64,000 nt of DNA, taken from Armatimonadota bacterium (lineage in GTDB: Bacteria > Armatimonadota > HRBIN16). Of the stretch, positions 28,633 through 37,487 are shown one piece after another. How positions within the stretch are numbered: position 1 is the first letter of the stretch; the number at the start of each line of letters is the position of its first letter. A program made the position numbers and the translations under genes. Below the pieces are notes generated by a model. It was not told the origin of the DNA and made no database searches. It saw nothing but the letters and a program-made list of their open reading frames with translations. The stretch covers positions 3,232,001 through 3,296,000 of the forward strand of contig OY781964.1 of the NCBI GenBank assembly GCA_963677485.1. Direction: 5' to 3'.

Positions 28633-31600
28633 ATGGCCACTCGCCGAAGCACTAATTCTGTAAATGACACCTCGGAGAACACCTCCGCAGATGAACCGCA
28701 GGCAACCAACCAACCCGAGGCTGCTGCCTCCGATGCGGCAAAACCGCGTCCTTCCCGACGTCGCCCCACACAGAAAGCACCCCAATCTCAACCGGTTGAG
28801 ACCGCTGATGCAGCCGCACCGGTAGTTCCCGCGGTTGTGGCTGCTGCTCCGGTGGCCGCTGCGCCGGCTGAGCCTGCCCCATCTGCAGCACCTGCCGATG
28901 GCGGCGATGCCTCCGCCGAGGCGCCGCGTGCGCCTCGCCGTCGCCCTGCACGCCGTAGAACTGAGCGTCCTCAGCGCGCCAATCCTGTGTCCGATGAGAA
29001 CCCACCTGAAGCATCCGCCCCTGCTGTAGTCGAGGTACCGCAGCCACAGCCAGAGGCTGATGCCCCCGTGATGGCTGAGGGTGAAGATTCCGCACAGCAT
29101 TCCAGCCGGCCCAGCCGCAACTCGCGGCGCCGTGCCAAGCGTAAATCCGCACGTGACCTGCCCGGGGGTGAGGCATCGGTAGAACAGCCGGTGGAAGCCG
29201 CGGAGTCAGAGCCCGCGTCTGCAGAAGTGTCCCAAGACACCCAGACCTTGCGGGTCAACCTTCAGCCACGCGGACGGAACCACCGTCGCCGTCGCGAACC
29301 AGTCAAAGTGGATATTGATGAAGCAACGAGTGTTGAAACACCCGCACAGCCTGTGCCCATGCCAGAAGCTGTCGGTGATGTGACTCCGCGGGTGTTGATA
29401 CCTGGTCTAGACACCATCCCTGCAGAGCCTCAGAACCGATCGCGTCGTGACCGCAGCCGACAGAGGCGCGTTCGTCCGCGTGCTGAAACACCCGCACAGC
29501 CAGATGCATTGCCTACACCACCAGTTGTACCGGAAGTATCCAAGCCCGTTGAATCTGCTGGCACCGATGCACCGGCACCAATCCAAAGACCAAGCCGTAC
29601 CCGCAATCGCAGACCAGCCAGAGCACAGTCTGGGCAGCCCCAGCCAATGGCGCAGCCTGCTGAAGCTAAGCCAGAAGTTCGGTCTTCTGATGCTCGTCCT
29701 ACAGGTGGTCGGCATGCAGGTAATCGTCCTACTGGTAGCCGGTCTGAGAATGCACGTCCTGAGGCTGCGCGTCCTGAGGCTGCGCGTCCTGAGGCTGCGC
29801 GTCCTGAGGCTGCGCGTCCTGAGGCTGCGCGTCCTGAGGCTGTCCAGCCTGTGGCTACGGAAGCACCCAAACCGGCTGTCGCACCCAAAGCGGTACCGGT
29901 CAAGCGTGCGCGTCGTCCTGAGCCGAAGATCAAAGTGGTTGTGCCAAAAATCACGCTTCCCAAGCGTGAAGCCATCAAGCTTGGTATGCGCAGAGGTCAC
30001 ACAGAAATTGTGATCCGCGGTAATGCGGTACCCCCGATGTTCTTCTTCGGATACATCAGCGGTGGAGCCAGCGAGCGGCGGGTTCTGGACCAGGTGCGCA
30101 TGGCGGCCGCTGCCGGAGTTCATCTGCATATGATGCTGATGGAGCTTGTCATTGATGTCAAAGCGGTCGATTCCGCAGTAGAAGAGGCACGCCGTCAGAT
30201 CAGACTCGTCACAGAGCATGACCCTGAAGCTTATGTGATGATCCGCCTGATGTTCACTCCTCCGCAAGATTGGAAGAGCCGCTATCGTGACGCGGTCTCG
30301 CTGTATGCCGACAACACCACTGGTGAGCCGTCGTTCTTCAGCGACGAATATTGGGCAGAGGCGGAAGCGGTGGTGACGGATCTATCGCAAAAGATGGAAC
30401 TGCACGACGAAGCCGAACGGCTGCTCGGATACCATCTAGACTGCCGCGAATGGTTCCACGAGTATGAGCGCGGGTATGACACCTGCAAAGCGGCCGTGGA
30501 ATGCTTTAGGCGATGGCTGCGAGCCAAGTATAAGGACGATCCGGTATTGCTTCGCGCTTCATGGCACAACGGCACCGTCAATATCGATGATGCACCGATT
30601 CCCGCTAAGGTAAAAGATAGCGGCGTGGCATTATTCGAGAACCACCGTGAAAGGCCATGGGTCGACTTCCTACAGTTTGCCAGCGATACAGTGGCCAAAC
30701 GACTGGTCTCGCTAAGCCGTGCCTCTAAGAAGGCGTGTGATTCCCGCCGACTGATCGCGGTGCCCTACGGCTATACGCTGGATTTCCCCACCGCATATAG
30801 CGGTCACCTTGATCTGGCTGAGGTTCTCTCTACCAGCAGCATCGATATGGTATGTGCTCCGCCCAGCTATCGCGACCGTTTGGTGGGCAGCGGTTCCAGT
30901 ATCCCTGCGCCAATCGACAGTGTGCTTCTGCACGAAAAGCTGTTTATCATGGAAGACGATACTAAGCCCTATTTCGCCAAGCGTGATACGCCCGATACCT
31001 ATAACCCGAAACATCCCGACCGCGAAAGCACCACCGGCGCACGGCTGCGTGCCATCGGCAGCGCTTTGGCCCGTCAGACCGGCATCAGCTGGATGGATTT
31101 ATGGGGTGAGGGCTGGCTGGCAGACGAAGAGCATTGGCAGCATGCCGCGAAGGCGGTTGCAGTCTATCGCAAGCTGATGGAGTGCCGGAATATGAACTCC
31201 ACTCCTGACGTAGCTTTCATCGTAGACGAGTGCAGCATCACCCACATACGCAATGTCGAAAAACTGCTGCTGCCATTGCTGCTGCAGCAACGCGATGTGG
31301 TGCTGAAGTCGGGCGTGAATTTCGGCATGTATCTTCAAAGCGACCTGACGCGAAAGGCCTTCCCTGAGGCCAAAGTATACGTGTTCATGAATGCACTGCA
31401 GATCAGCACCGAGGTGCGTACCGCCATCAAGGAGAAGCTGCAGAACGACAATAAGACACTGGTATGGGTCTATGCCGCCGGGATTTATGATGAGAATGGC
31501 GAGCACAAGGACGGTATCCGCGAGGTGACGGGACTACAGCTCAGGCAGCAGCCCTGGAACAGCGAGACGGGTTCTATCATCGTCAGCGACCGAAGCCCGA

Positions 31601-32193
31601 TTGCAGAGCACCTGAAAGCGAAGCAGTTTGGTGTTCGCGAACGCTTGAATCCCAGCTACTACAGCAATGAACAGGGCACATCGGTCATCGCTGAATATGT
31701 GCAGACGGGCTTGCCCAGCATGGTCAGTAAAGACATGGGTACCTGGAAGAGCATATTCATCGGTGAAAGACAACTCAATCTGGAACTTCTGCGCAACATA
31801 TTCAAACTGTCTGGCGTGTCTGTATTCCAGCACGGTTCAGATATCCTGCGTGTAAGTCAGCCATTCATCTGCATCCATGCAACCGAGGATGGATCGAAAA
31901 GCATTGTCTTGCCCATGAAGATGATGATATACGACCTGATAGAAGACCGCGTGCTGGCGGCCGGCACCAATAACCTGAAGTTAGGCATGAAGAAGGGGCA
32001 GAGCCACATCCTGGTGGCAGGCACGCCACAAGAGCTCAAAGCACTGGGTCTGAATATCCCGGACGAGCCCGAAGTGGTGCAAGCCAATGCACTGGCCACT
32101 CGTGAGGCCGAAGAGCAGGAGTTGGCGGCTGCAAAACGTCGCCGACGCGGCGGCCGGAAACATCACAAACCGCACACTCCTGGTGTAGCGTAG
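28633..32193 (+). CDS. GH42/beta-galactosidase-like TIM-barrel protein with about 440-aa disordered N-terminus and Arg-rich C-tail
   Basis: No signal peptide; P/A/E/R-rich N-terminus; globular part with FRRWLRAKY, GYHLDCREWF, APPSYRDR, MEDDT, WMDLWGEGW and a trimerisation-like domain (VAFIVDE, TLVWVYAAG); GGAG RBS. Confidence 0.8.
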   Translation: MATRRSTNSVNDTSENTSADEPQATNQPEAAASDAAKPRPSRRRPTQKAPQSQPVETADAAAPVVPAVVAAAPVAAAPAEPAPSAAPADGGDASAEAPRAPRRRPARRRTERPQRANPVSDENPPEASAPAVVEVPQPQPEADAPVMAEGEDSAQHSSRPSRNSRRRAKRKSARDLPGGEASVEQPVEAAESEPASAEVSQDTQTLRVNLQPRGRNHRRRREPVKVDIDEATSVETPAQPVPMPEAVGDVTPRVLIPGLDTIPAEPQNRSRRDRSRQRRVRPRAETPAQPDALPTPPVVPEVSKPVESAGTDAPAPIQRPSRTRNRRPARAQSGQPQPMAQPAEAKPEVRSSDARPTGGRHAGNRPTGSRSENARPEAARPEAARPEAARPEAARPEAARPEAVQPVATEAPKPAVAPKAVPVKRARRPEPKIKVVVPKITLPKREAIKLGMRRGHTEIVIRGNAVPPMFFFGYISGGASERRVLDQVRMAAAAGVHLHMMLMELVIDVKAVDSAVEEARRQIRLVTEHDPEAYVMIRLMFTPPQDWKSRYRDAVSLYADNTTGEPSFFSDEYWAEAEAVVTDLSQKMELHDEAERLLGYHLDCREWFHEYERGYDTCKAAVECFRRWLRAKYKDDPVLLRASWHNGTVNIDDAPIPAKVKDSGVALFENHRERPWVDFLQFASDTVAKRLVSLSRASKKACDSRRLIAVPYGYTLDFPTAYSGHLDLAEVLSTSSIDMVCAPPSYRDRLVGSGSSIPAPIDSVLLHEKLFIMEDDTKPYFAKRDTPDTYNPKHPDRESTTGARLRAIGSALARQTGISWMDLWGEGWLADEEHWQHAAKAVAVYRKLMECRNMNSTPDVAFIVDECSITHIRNVEKLLLPLLLQQRDVVLKSGVNFGMYLQSDLTRKAFPEAKVYVFMNALQISTEVRTAIKEKLQNDNKTLVWVYAAGIYDENGEHKDGIREVTGLQLRQQPWNSETGSIIVSDRSPIAEHLKAKQFGVRERLNPSYYSNEQGTSVIAEYVQTGLPSMVSKDMGTWKSIFIGERQLNLELLRNIFKLSGVSVFQHGSDILRVSQPFICIHATEDGSKSIVLPMKMMIYDLIEDRVLAAGTNNLKLGMKKGQSHILVAGTPQELKALGLNIPDEPEVVQANALATREAEEQELAAAKRRRRGGRKHHKPHTPGVA
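29752..29841 (+). repeat. 15-bp coding tandem repeat x6 (ARPEA)
   Basis: gc(a/g)cgtcctgaggct six times; five copies identical. Confidence 0.97.
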
Positions 32194-32202
32194 CGGGGGA
32201 GT

Positions 32203-32538
32203 TTGGTGGATTATTTTACAAATATCTTCGACCTGCTGACCCCGTTCATGGCGTTGGTCTGCTTCGCACTGCCGGTTATGGTCGCCGTTGGCGATCTTCG
32301 GATGAGGCGTAAGGGCCAGAAGCTCAGCGGTGAAGAGTTCATGGGCCGAATCCGGCTCTTTGCCTTTTCGCCGCTGCTGGGTTTGTCCGCTATGTTGATG
32401 TTTGTGATGGATCATAGCCGTGACCAGCAGATGCAGTCGTTAAGTGATGGAGCCTTCATCGGCGGCATTGGATATGGCGTGGTGGTATTTATATCAATCA
32501 CTCTGACCCGCATGATACTCTACAGGAGGCAACAATAG
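32203..32538 (+). CDS. Small membrane protein (about 3 TM)
   Basis: Three hydrophobic stretches; tight spacing with neighbours. Confidence 0.65.
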   Translation: MVDYFTNIFDLLTPFMALVCFALPVMVAVGDLRMRRKGQKLSGEEFMGRIRLFAFSPLLGLSAMLMFVMDHSRDQQMQSLSDGAFIGGIGYGVVVFISITLTRMILYRRQQ

Positions 32539-32870
32539 TGGAATACGAGACGTATGTAGCTATTGCTGCCTTCGCCTTCCTCTGTACGCCGGTTCTGACC
32601 TTTCTTACACCATCGAAACTGATTGAAGGTGCCCACCGGCGGTGGCTGTTACTATTGACGCGAAACTACTGGCTCTCATTGACCGGCCTGTCGCTGTGCT
32701 TGTGGCAACTACTGAGCTGGGCGTATCCATACCCCGGTGGGATTCGATACTGGTACAGCCTGGGTGCAGGCTTAGTAGTTGGGATTCTAGCTGGTATTAT
32801 GCTCTTGCGGGAATATGTTCTATGTTTGCGAACACCTGAACCTTCAGAAAGCGAGACAGAGATAGTATGA
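32538..32870 (+). CDS. Small membrane protein (about 3 TM)
   Basis: GTG overlaps the previous stop, AGGAGG RBS, three hydrophobic stretches; ATGA overlap with the next gene. Confidence 0.7.
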   Translation: MEYETYVAIAAFAFLCTPVLTFLTPSKLIEGAHRRWLLLLTRNYWLSLTGLSLCLWQLLSWAYPYPGGIRYWYSLGAGLVVGILAGIMLLREYVLCLRTPEPSESETEIV

Positions 32871-33382
32871 TTTTGCGAAGACGCCTGCTTAACATCCTGG
32901 CCGTGATCGCTGTGGCTTATGTAGTGTATGCGCTATCTGCTCCTGATGTGCCACCAACACCCAAAAGTAGTCCATCCATTCAGTTGTCAATGCTTGATGG
33001 CAAAACGGCGAAACTGAGTGATTACCGCGGGAAAGTGGTAGTGCTGGACTTTTGGGCGAGCTGGTGTAACCCCTGTAAAATGAGCGTGCCTGACATGAAT
33101 AAACTGGCTAAGGAATACGCAGGCAAGGGTGTGGTGGTGCTCGCTGTGGCGACGGACACCGCACGCGACAACGTAGATAAGGGCATCAAGGAGTTTGGCA
33201 TTGAGTATCCCGTGGTATGGGATCATGACAGCGGACTTCAGTCGGCGTTCCAAGTGTCGAGTTACCCCACTGTGGTGATCATCGACAAAAAAGGCCTGAT
33301 CAGCCGCAAACTGCAAGGGTATGATCCTTCTCAAACGCCCGTGGATCTTCGAAACCAGATCGACTCCGTCCTGGTCCGGTAG
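32867..33382 (+). CDS. TlpA/ResA-family membrane-anchored thiol-disulfide oxidoreductase
   Basis: [27 protein letters not shown]; N-terminal TM anchor. Confidence 0.93.
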   Translation: MILRRRLLNILAVIAVAYVVYALSAPDVPPTPKSSPSIQLSMLDGKTAKLSDYRGKVVVLDFWASWCNPCKMSVPDMNKLAKEYAGKGVVVLAVATDTARDNVDKGIKEFGIEYPVVWDHDSGLQSAFQVSSYPTVVIIDKKGLISRKLQGYDPSQTPVDLRNQIDSVLVR

Positions 33383-33448
33383 CCCACAATGCCGATGTAT
33401 ATCCCAGAATCATAGGCGATTTCGCGACTTTGTAAGTGGCTTGGTTGG

Positions 33449-33880
33449 CTATGTCCGGGGCGGTCTGTCAGTACGCCTGCGGAGGCCACTGTCTGTAGAC
33501 CGCGCCGGTCTGGTTCCTGACACAAATCTATCAGGCCTATCCGCCAGACCGGCGCGGTCTTGAGCCTTCTGCATCCGCTAGCCTACGCACAGACCGCCCC
33601 GGACATAGGCAACACGTGACTGCAATAAGGGCGAGCAGCCAACTCTTACATCGCTCTGTCGCTTCAGCGTGACGCATCAGTTACACCATGGGCTGCCGTG
33701 CAGGTACGGACGGGTGCTTGTTCCTGACACAGATCTTTCATGGCTATCCGCCAGACCGGCGCGGTCTTGAGCCTTCTGCATCCGCTAACCTTCTCACAGA
33801 CCGCCCCGGACATAGGCAACACGTGACTGCAATAAGGGCGAACAGCCAACTCGAACATCACTCTGTCGCCTCAGTTACCG
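33449..33880. repeat. REP/BIME-like cluster, family C
   Basis: ctatgtccggggcggtctg / cagaccgccccggacatag and agaccgcgccggtctgg / ccagaccggcgcggtct inverted pairs; a direct repeat of about 150 bp at about 33513 and 33720. Confidence 0.9.
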
Positions 33881-33996
33881 CCTGGGCTACCGTGAATGCA
33901 CGGGCTGTCGCTTGTTGTTCAGGAGCCGAGACGTTTATGTCGCCGCATTCGAATATGCGGGACCGGCTTGAGTGAAATCAAGCCAGCCTAAAGAAC

Positions 33997-34034
33997 AAAA
34001 AAGGCGGGGAGCAGATTTGTCTGCTCCCCGCCTT
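33997..34034 (-). terminator. Rho-independent terminator of the transporter gene
   Basis: aaggcggggagcaga-tttg-tctgctccccgcctt with an A-run on the left (U-tract on the minus strand), about 20 bp after the stop. Confidence 0.85.
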
Positions 34035-34052
34035 CTAGATGATCGAGCCGGG

Positions 34053-35930
34053 TTATTTCGCGGCTTTAGCGGCGAAGTTCACCACGCTGTAGAGTATCGG
34101 CGCAAGAAACTGCACAAATACCACCTTGAGAATGGTTGCAATCGGGTAGACGCTGGACCATCCTAACACAGGCAGCTCACTTCGCGTTTGCGATATGGAG
34201 GCACCCAGTGCAGGAGGGTTCGTCATGCAGGCCGCCAATGCGCCGCTGGTAGTCAGCCACCGGAGGCGGAATATCACCAGCATGGTGACCAGCGTGAGAA
34301 TCCAGCAGACTGTGGTGACCGCTGCGCCGGCACCGACCAGGCTCCAGCCGTATTTGCTGAACACATCCGCGAATTTAGCTCCACCATCCAGACCGGCTCC
34401 GGCCAGGAACAGCATCAAGCCAAACTCCTTGCAGAAGTTTGCGGCAGCGGTTGGGACGTGAAGGTGCCATGGGCCCACTTTACCGTAGTAACCAAATACC
34501 AGCGATATGAGGAATGCGCCTCCCGCCGTGCTGAGTGTGATCGAACTTGCGCCGATCGGGAACTCTTGCACGCCGATAAACACACCGATGAGCAGACCTG
34601 CCAGGAAAGGCAGGAAGCTGGTCTCTTCGGCGGTATGGGCTCCGCCCTCTAGACGCTTGGTCACTTCAACAACGCCTTCACGCTCACCTACGATGCACAG
34701 GTTGTCATTGTGCATCAACTCACTGGAGCCTGTGGGGGTTAGCTCCGCACCCTGACGTCGGATACGGGTGACTGTTACACCAAATCGGTTGAACAGGTCA
34801 AGCTCGGCTAGCGTTTTATTAGCATATTTCAGTGACAGCAGATCAAGGTCAACGGATACCACGTTGGGGTTTGTGTGCCAATGGGTTTCGCACTCTTCGC
34901 CGATCAACAGACCGAGCTTATCGAGCTCACCCGCTTCGCCTACAGCCAGAAGGATGTCGTCAGTCTTGATGACAAAGGTGGCTGTGGTGCTGTGTACCTC
35001 GTCACCGCGTCGGACCCGGCTGATATTGACATTGATATGTCGGTCGGGGTTAATCTGTGTGATGGTCTTTCCATCTATCATGCTGTTGGTCACACGGAAC
35101 GCACGCCGGGCCAGATGCCCTTTGCCTGCGCGTCGCTCCACATCCCAGCTCTGCTCTTCCTTCTTGAAATCGCGTTTTAGAAGTTTGGGCAGTAGTTGGA
35201 TGAGCAGCACCGTGCCTACCATACTGAAGGGATATGCCAGCGCGTAACCGGCTACTGCGTTACCGCTTTTGATACCCCAGGCCGCGGCACTGGGCAACGC
35301 GTCCAGCACCGGCTTGGCAGCGCCCAATGCGGGGGTGTTCGTCATGGCACCGCAGAATAAACCCGTGGCGATATCCGGGGGAAGCTTCATCACGATCGCA
35401 GCAATGACGACCACAGCCATCGCAGAAAAAACACTCACAGCCGTGATCGTAAGGAATTTCAGGCCGGAACGCTTGAAGGTTCGGATGAACGCAGGACCAG
35501 CTTGCAGGCCGACCGCATACAGGAAGATCAGCAGACCTACGGTCTTCAGGTCTTCGAGTTCGATGATCTCCTTGATATGGTCCGCACTAACGACCTTCTT
35601 CACCTCAGCTTTGGTGATGCTGGTTGTTGCGGCAGGCTCGGTCTTAGCAGCCTCAAGTTGCGCCTTGGCGGCGATATCCTTGAGGTCCGCTTTCGGGGTG
35701 ATCTTGAGCTGCAGCTCTATTGCTTTGATAGAGGGTTCAGGTATGCCGCGTACCACGGCATCGGGTAACACGTTTTGGCACAGATGGCCGAAGACCAGTG
35801 CGATCAGCAGAACCAGAGTGGTTCCTAACGAGATGCCTTTTATTTTGAACCGCCCCAGCCAAATTCCTAAGGCCAGGATCAGGAAAAGCACAAAGTACTT
35901 CTTTCCGAACAGGAAAACGAGATATTCCAT
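34053..35930 (-). CDS. AspT/YidE/YbjL-family antiporter with two TrkA-C domains
   Basis: FLYAVGLQAGPAF, GAMTNTPALGAA, GYALAYP, second repeat MTNPPALG; start trimmed to MEYLVF (AGGAGG upstream). Confidence 0.92.
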   Translation of the reverse strand: MEYLVFLFGKKYFVLFLILALGIWLGRFKIKGISLGTTLVLLIALVFGHLCQNVLPDAVVRGIPEPSIKAIELQLKITPKADLKDIAAKAQLEAAKTEPAATTSITKAEVKKVVSADHIKEIIELEDLKTVGLLIFLYAVGLQAGPAFIRTFKRSGLKFLTITAVSVFSAMAVVVIAAIVMKLPPDIATGLFCGAMTNTPALGAAKPVLDALPSAAAWGIKSGNAVAGYALAYPFSMVGTVLLIQLLPKLLKRDFKKEEQSWDVERRAGKGHLARRAFRVTNSMIDGKTITQINPDRHINVNISRVRRGDEVHSTTATFVIKTDDILLAVGEAGELDKLGLLIGEECETHWHTNPNVVSVDLDLLSLKYANKTLAELDLFNRFGVTVTRIRRQGAELTPTGSSELMHNDNLCIVGEREGVVEVTKRLEGGAHTAEETSFLPFLAGLLIGVFIGVQEFPIGASSITLSTAGGAFLISLVFGYYGKVGPWHLHVPTAAANFCKEFGLMLFLAGAGLDGGAKFADVFSKYGWSLVGAGAAVTTVCWILTLVTMLVIFRLRWLTTSGALAACMTNPPALGASISQTRSELPVLGWSSVYPIATILKVVFVQFLAPILYSVVNFAAKAAK

Positions 35931-36269
35931 GTGGTACCTCCTAGTTAAAGAGTACAAAATTATCTAATAAGAATCAAATGCAGCCGGTCTCCAGTGTGTA
36001 TAAACGGAACACATGGTATGCTGGTATCAACCCACGGTGGTTGGATGGTTCGCTTCGGTCTTGAGGGTAGGTTATATTTGATGGATTTGGGACTGCACAC
36101 ATCATGGCCATTCCTCCCGGTATCCGTGAGCCACAGCTTACCGCCTATTGATGTCGGATATCTGTCATGATATCGCCATAGTTGGTAACATATATGTGTA
36201 TTTCAGGAATGAAATTACCATAAACATGGTTACCTGATGGCGGGTAGCCGTAACACATCGGGAGTGGGT

Positions 36270-37394
36270 ATGCGCAGTAAAACTGATATCCTGGCGGAAG
36301 AGATATGGAAAGAATATGTCTATTGCGGGTTGTTAGGCCAATCGCAGTCGCTGCCTAGTATCCGTGCCATCCACGCCAGATTTGGCGGCTCACACAGCCA
36401 GATTATCCAGGCACTACATACCCTTTGCGAACTCGGCATCGCCGAAAAGCGCCCAGATGGCGGTTGCGTGCTGGTGAACACCGAAATCCCATTCCGAAAC
36501 TATTCTGACCTAAAAATCGGCATCGTAGTCACAGACACCGTGCCTAACAGCTTCTGCATGAGGCTGTTGGAAGGGGCCAGACGTAAATGTACGGAACATG
36601 GCTGTATGCTGCTGATCTCATCCTCAAACGCCGACTACGATAAGGAATCGGATTGTCTGCAGCAGCTCATCAACGCCAAATGCGCGGGCGTGATCATGCT
36701 GCCCACGGTGCGCACACGCGATCAGATTGTGGATGACCACCTCTGCACTCAAAACCTGGACTACCCGATAGTGCTGGTGGACCAAACCTATCCACACCAG
36801 AAGCGCCCTCAGCTCATCTTTGACAATGAGCAGGCGGGGTTTGAAATGACGACGCTGCTGTTGGCGGCGGGACATCGCCGCATTGTGTTCATGGATGCCA
36901 ACCAGGCTGACAGACGGGTTGCTTACCGCAGTGTGAAAGAGCGGCATCTGGGGTATGTGAAGGCACTTCGCAAAGCTGGTATCACCCCAGACCCAAGCTG
37001 GTGCTGGAGCGGACTGAGCTGGCTCCACCCGGGTGTTCTCAGCTTGCACCTGCGCGCGAACCTGAAGCGATGGGCAAAGCTAGACCCCACTCTCCGGCCC
37101 ACTGCTGCTTTAGCGGTGGAGGATTACAGTGCCAGGCTGACGATGGATATGCTGGCCGAAATGGGATTTGAGGGCGAGATGACCGTCACTGGCTTTGACA
37201 ACCTCACACAGTATCAGCTTTCCGGTCAGCCCTTCCCAACCACTGGTCCCAACTTGATACGGGCCGGTGAAATCGCCGCCGAGATGCTGTTTAAGCACAT
37301 CGACGGGCAATTGTCACTAAACGCCACGATGATCATGCCGGTGCCCATCATCCCTCGCGACCTGCAAGGGCATATCGCCACCAGCAACGCCTGA
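36270..37394 (+). CDS. GntR-HTH + LacI-type ligand-binding transcriptional regulator (AraR-like)
   Basis: SLPSIRAI...QALHTL HTH; DNEQAG, GHRRI, VTGFDN. Confidence 0.85.
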   Translation: MRSKTDILAEEIWKEYVYCGLLGQSQSLPSIRAIHARFGGSHSQIIQALHTLCELGIAEKRPDGGCVLVNTEIPFRNYSDLKIGIVVTDTVPNSFCMRLLEGARRKCTEHGCMLLISSSNADYDKESDCLQQLINAKCAGVIMLPTVRTRDQIVDDHLCTQNLDYPIVLVDQTYPHQKRPQLIFDNEQAGFEMTTLLLAAGHRRIVFMDANQADRRVAYRSVKERHLGYVKALRKAGITPDPSWCWSGLSWLHPGVLSLHLRANLKRWAKLDPTLRPTAALAVEDYSARLTMDMLAEMGFEGEMTVTGFDNLTQYQLSGQPFPTTGPNLIRAGEIAAEMLFKHIDGQLSLNATMIMPVPIIPRDLQGHIATSNA

Positions 37395-37487
37395 GCGGCC
37401 AATGCATCAGCAGGAATCGCGCTCGGCTTCGGCAAACATAGATTTGACATCATCTTCGCACACTCATCATATCTAGGAGTTATACAT

